Shown piece after piece: positions 61,451 to 64,000 of a stretch of 64,000 nt of DNA. A program made the translations under genes and the position numbers. Under the pieces are notes generated by a model. It worked only from the letters and a program-made list of their open reading frames with translations, was not told the DNA's origin and ran no database searches. The DNA is from an uncultured delta proteobacterium (lineage in GTDB: Bacteria > Desulfobacterota > Binatia > Binatales > Binataceae), in the NCBI GenBank assembly GCA_963814035.1, contig CAWFBH010000018.1, positions 57,397 through 121,396 of the forward strand, in the 5' to 3' direction. How positions within the stretch are numbered: position 1 is the first letter of the stretch; every line of letters begins with the position of its first letter.

Positions 61451-61921
61451 ATGCCATTTACCATCATCGCCGAAGCCTGCACCGGATGTAGCGCGTGTGA
61501 GAAACGCTGCCCTACCGGCGCTATTTCCGGCGAATCCAAAAAGGTCTACTTCATCGAGCCCGGCGCGTGCATCGATTGCGGCGCATGCGGTGTCATTTGC
61601 CCCGACGAAGCGATCATGACCAATCACGGGGTGATCACGCACGTGCTGAAGCGCGCCGAGCGCCCGGTCGCCGTCGTGCACCCGGACAATTGCAACGGAT
61701 GCGGTGTCTGCGTTGACGTATGCCCATTCGATTGCATCTCGCCGTCGCCGGAAAACAACGCGGTCTATCTCGGCAAGGTGCAGGTCAACGAAAAGACCTG
61801 CGTCGGATGCCTGCTCTGCGAAGAGGTTTGCGGATGGGACGGTATCTACATAATGCCCACCGCCCAGAAAGTGGAATTCCTCGAGTCGCTCGGCTATTCG
61901 AGCGGCGAGGAAGCGGCCTGA
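61451..61921 (+). CDS. Polyferredoxin with four [4Fe-4S] motifs
   Basis: Four CxxCxxCxxxC motifs (three ending CP, one ending CG). Confidence 0.92.
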   Translation: MPFTIIAEACTGCSACEKRCPTGAISGESKKVYFIEPGACIDCGACGVICPDEAIMTNHGVITHVLKRAERPVAVVHPDNCNGCGVCVDVCPFDCISPSPENNAVYLGKVQVNEKTCVGCLLCEEVCGWDGIYIMPTAQKVEFLESLGYSSGEEAA

Positions 61922-61995
61922 GGCGAGCGCGCTCTCCAAGGACGGATTTCCGAGAGCCGACCCTTGGGTCGGCTCTTTGCTTTCGCTACGCCGCG

Positions 61996-62427
61996 TTGGC
62001 GCTTCTCTTCCTCACGATGACGCTGAATCCAACCTTGGCGATCGGCGCCGAGGCTCCGCCGATTCCTCCGGATCTGGCGTGCCCGCAGATTCGCGATGCG
62101 GTCCATTCGATGGCATCCGCCGAACGCAACCAGGCGCTCGCGCTTCATCTCATGGCCGATGGCAAGCCGACCCCGATCGTGCAGACGCGGCTAACCGAAT
62201 TGCAGGCGCAGATCGGCAATCTTCGCGAAGTGCTCCGGCGCGCGCGCAAGGGTTCGCCGCGCCATAACGTGGATGTACAAGAATGTATTTCGATGGGAAC
62301 TCAGTCGCTGACGGATGCGGAAAATGTGAGCCGTCAGATCGAGGACATCGTGATGGGCGAGGGCGGGCCGCTCGGATTGCCGCCGCAGATCAAATCGGGC
62401 GAATCGGATGCGGCGAGAACTTCCTGA
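61996..62427 (+). CDS. Hypothetical exported helical protein (start uncertain)
   Basis: Signal-like segment, helical content, one Cys pair. Confidence 0.5.
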   Translation: MALLFLTMTLNPTLAIGAEAPPIPPDLACPQIRDAVHSMASAERNQALALHLMADGKPTPIVQTRLTELQAQIGNLREVLRRARKGSPRHNVDVQECISMGTQSLTDAENVSRQIEDIVMGEGGPLGLPPQIKSGESDAARTS

Positions 62428-63246
62428 GCCGCCTTTGCCGCCTGCGCCCGAGCCGCGCGGAATAAGCATCGACAAGGCGGCGAATACGATAAGCAGCAAT
62501 TGGGCGACGATTCCCTGTACCGTCGGATAGAGGCCGAGCATCGGGATCGTCGGGACGTGCTCGACGAAGGTCGCGCTGATCCATTCGGATTCCTGGAAGC
62601 TCGCGATTCCCTGTCCGATGAAAACCACCGCGAGGCCATACAGCAGAATGGTGGTCGCGAAAAAGAACTTCCCGAACGGAATCCGATGCGCCGCGCGATT
62701 GAGCACGATGAAAGTTATCGCGAGGCCGACGGTGGCGGCCGCGATACCGGCCATCACCGCATGCTTCTCGACTGCTTCGGTCGCGCCGACCGTGAGCGCC
62801 TGGAAGAACACGATGGTCTCGGCACCCTCGCGAATCACGGCTAGAAAGGCCGTCAATGCGAGCGCCAAGCCGGGCGCGGCGCTGTCCTGCGCGCCCCTGA
62901 CCTGATCGTTGATGAAGCTCTTCCACATCTGAGCCTGGCTCTTCGAAGTGAGCCATGAGCTGACATAGAAGAGCGTCGCGGCGGCGAGTACCTGAAAAAT
63001 TCCTTCGAGGGTGTCGCTCGCATCGTCACTGATTATGTGATTAACGCCCCATGCGAGCGCGATACTTGCGGCGACGGCTATCAGCGCGCCGATATAGATA
63101 TCTTTGGTGCGATTTTCGTGGCCCGCCTCGCGGGTGCCCGCGACCAACGCGATGACCACCAGCAGGGCTTCGAGCCCCTCGCGGAACAGAATGCCTGCGG
63201 CATAGAAAAAATATGGAAGAACGGTGCGAGCCACGTGAAGGGTCAC
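62191..63246 (-). CDS. FTR1/EfeU-family iron permease (true stop probably near 62400)
   Basis: REGLE and REGAE motifs, multiple TMs, MLGLYPT. Confidence 0.9.
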   Translation of the reverse strand: MTLHVARTVLPYFFYAAGILFREGLEALLVVIALVAGTREAGHENRTKDIYIGALIAVAASIALAWGVNHIISDDASDTLEGIFQVLAAATLFYVSSWLTSKSQAQMWKSFINDQVRGAQDSAAPGLALALTAFLAVIREGAETIVFFQALTVGATEAVEKHAVMAGIAAATVGLAITFIVLNRAAHRIPFGKFFFATTILLYGLAVVFIGQGIASFQESEWISATFVEHVPTIPMLGLYPTVQGIVAQLLLIVFAALSMLIPRGSGAGGKGGSGSSRRIRFARFDLRRQSERPALAHHDVLDLTAHIFRIRQRLSSHRNTFLYIHVMARRTLARAPEHFAKIADLRLQFG

Positions 63247-63274
63247 TCTAGCACTAAGGACTACAGTCCGCGCA

Positions 63275-63293
63275 ATTGAGAATCATTCTCAAT
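63275..63293. promoter_or_regulatory. Fur-family box
   Basis: Perfect 9-1-9 palindrome ATTGAGAAT-C-ATTCTCAAT about 30 bp upstream of FTR1. Confidence 0.85.
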
Positions 63294-63620
63294 AAGGAAT
63301 TTAGTTCGGTTGGCAAAATTTGTCAAATCATCACACCCAAACCCGTCTCCGTATTTAGTGTGGCGGCGTTGAATCCCGAAGCCTTCGGGGCGGCTTGCGG
63401 CCCATTGGGTAGCGGTGTAACGTCGATTTGAAGTCGGGCCCTCGCGTCATTCGCGTGCGCCCGCTTCGTTTGTTTTAAGGGGTCGTAACTTACTAATGAG
63501 GTCCTTATAGGGACATTAGCCGATGCGATGCGTCTATTGCCGAGCACGCGCGGGATTGTATGCGCCGTACCTGCCCAACCTGCGCGAGGGTAATCGTAAT
63601 CGTCGATAAAGCAGCTGGTA

Positions 63621-63890
63621 GTGTCGGATTTCCAGACCTTGGTCGACATCTTCAGGGCCGAAGGGCTGACGAAAGAGCAGGTTGATCGCGTCCTCGATGC
63701 CCACGTCGGGCAGGGCGCCTCAATTCGGGATCGTCTTACCTCGCAAATGACCAATGCCCTGATGCGTGGACTGGGGATGCCCGGCCGGCAATCGCCTGAT
63801 GATGTGAAGAGGGTGCGCGAATCGATGAACAGTTCGTCGGGGCAGGGCACCTACACGCAAGGCGAAGAGCCGCCGACCGGAGCGCACTAG
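63621..63890 (+). CDS. Hypothetical protein
   Basis: Clean 89-aa ORF with typical codon usage. Confidence 0.6.
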   Translation: MSDFQTLVDIFRAEGLTKEQVDRVLDAHVGQGASIRDRLTSQMTNALMRGLGMPGRQSPDDVKRVRESMNSSSGQGTYTQGEEPPTGAH

Positions 63891-63902
63891 CGAGGGCATC
63901 CG

Positions 63903-64000
63903 ATGGAAAAGGATCGCAGCGACTTTGCCGTGATGAATCGGATGATCGATCACATTCGACTGCTGATCGCGGTCGACGACGACGCCATTCCGGTCAAGAA
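63903..64000 (+). CDS. Hypothetical protein, truncated by the window edge
   Basis: GAGGG RBS, MEKDRSDFAVMNRMIDHIRLLIAVDDDAIPVK... Confidence 0.55.
   Translation, partial: MEKDRSDFAVMNRMIDHIRLLIAVDDDAIPVK

Noticed and set aside
62191-62427. Long convergent overlap of FTR1 with the + strand gene (also the 71-bp octaheme/cupredoxin overlap at 53855-53925)
   Set aside because: The extensions are low-complexity and non-homologous, probably missed stops from indels.
63350-63470. Possible riboswitch or ncRNA between FTR1 and the hypothetical genes
   Set aside because: Small hairpins only. I could not match the cobalamin or other conserved cores; an Rfam cmscan would be needed.

Overview
GC-rich bacterial chromosome segment. 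Gene style suggests a deltaproteobacteria-like soil lineage such as Candidatus Binatia, but this is inference only. Many single-base frameshifts, including in essential genes, point to long-read or assembly indels. Contents in order: Mrp-exonuclease-GT2-ABC exporter operon; acyl-CoA dehydrogenase and CoA-transferase; a dcw cluster (mraZ to ftsZ) lacking both murF and ddl; a ZntR-like regulator with a glutaredoxin; queA-tgt-yajC-secD with no secF; an accessory block (methyltransferase, 899-aa modular secreted protein behind a sigma54-like promoter, di-heme DHOR protein, GH50-like hydrolase); a b6-type cytochrome b / subunit IV / octaheme cytochrome c / cupredoxin operon with no Rieske gene; and a convergent operon encoding a plant-type KARI, a domain-inverted Rieske oxygenase, a membrane protein with two PmoC CuC-like metal motifs and a His/Met-rich exported protein. 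The window ends with a small PDNIPI peptide, a 4x[4Fe-4S] ferredoxin and a Fur-boxed FTR1. Several families of palindromic REP-like repeats sit at gene junctions. I saw no rRNA, tRNA, CRISPR array or transposase.
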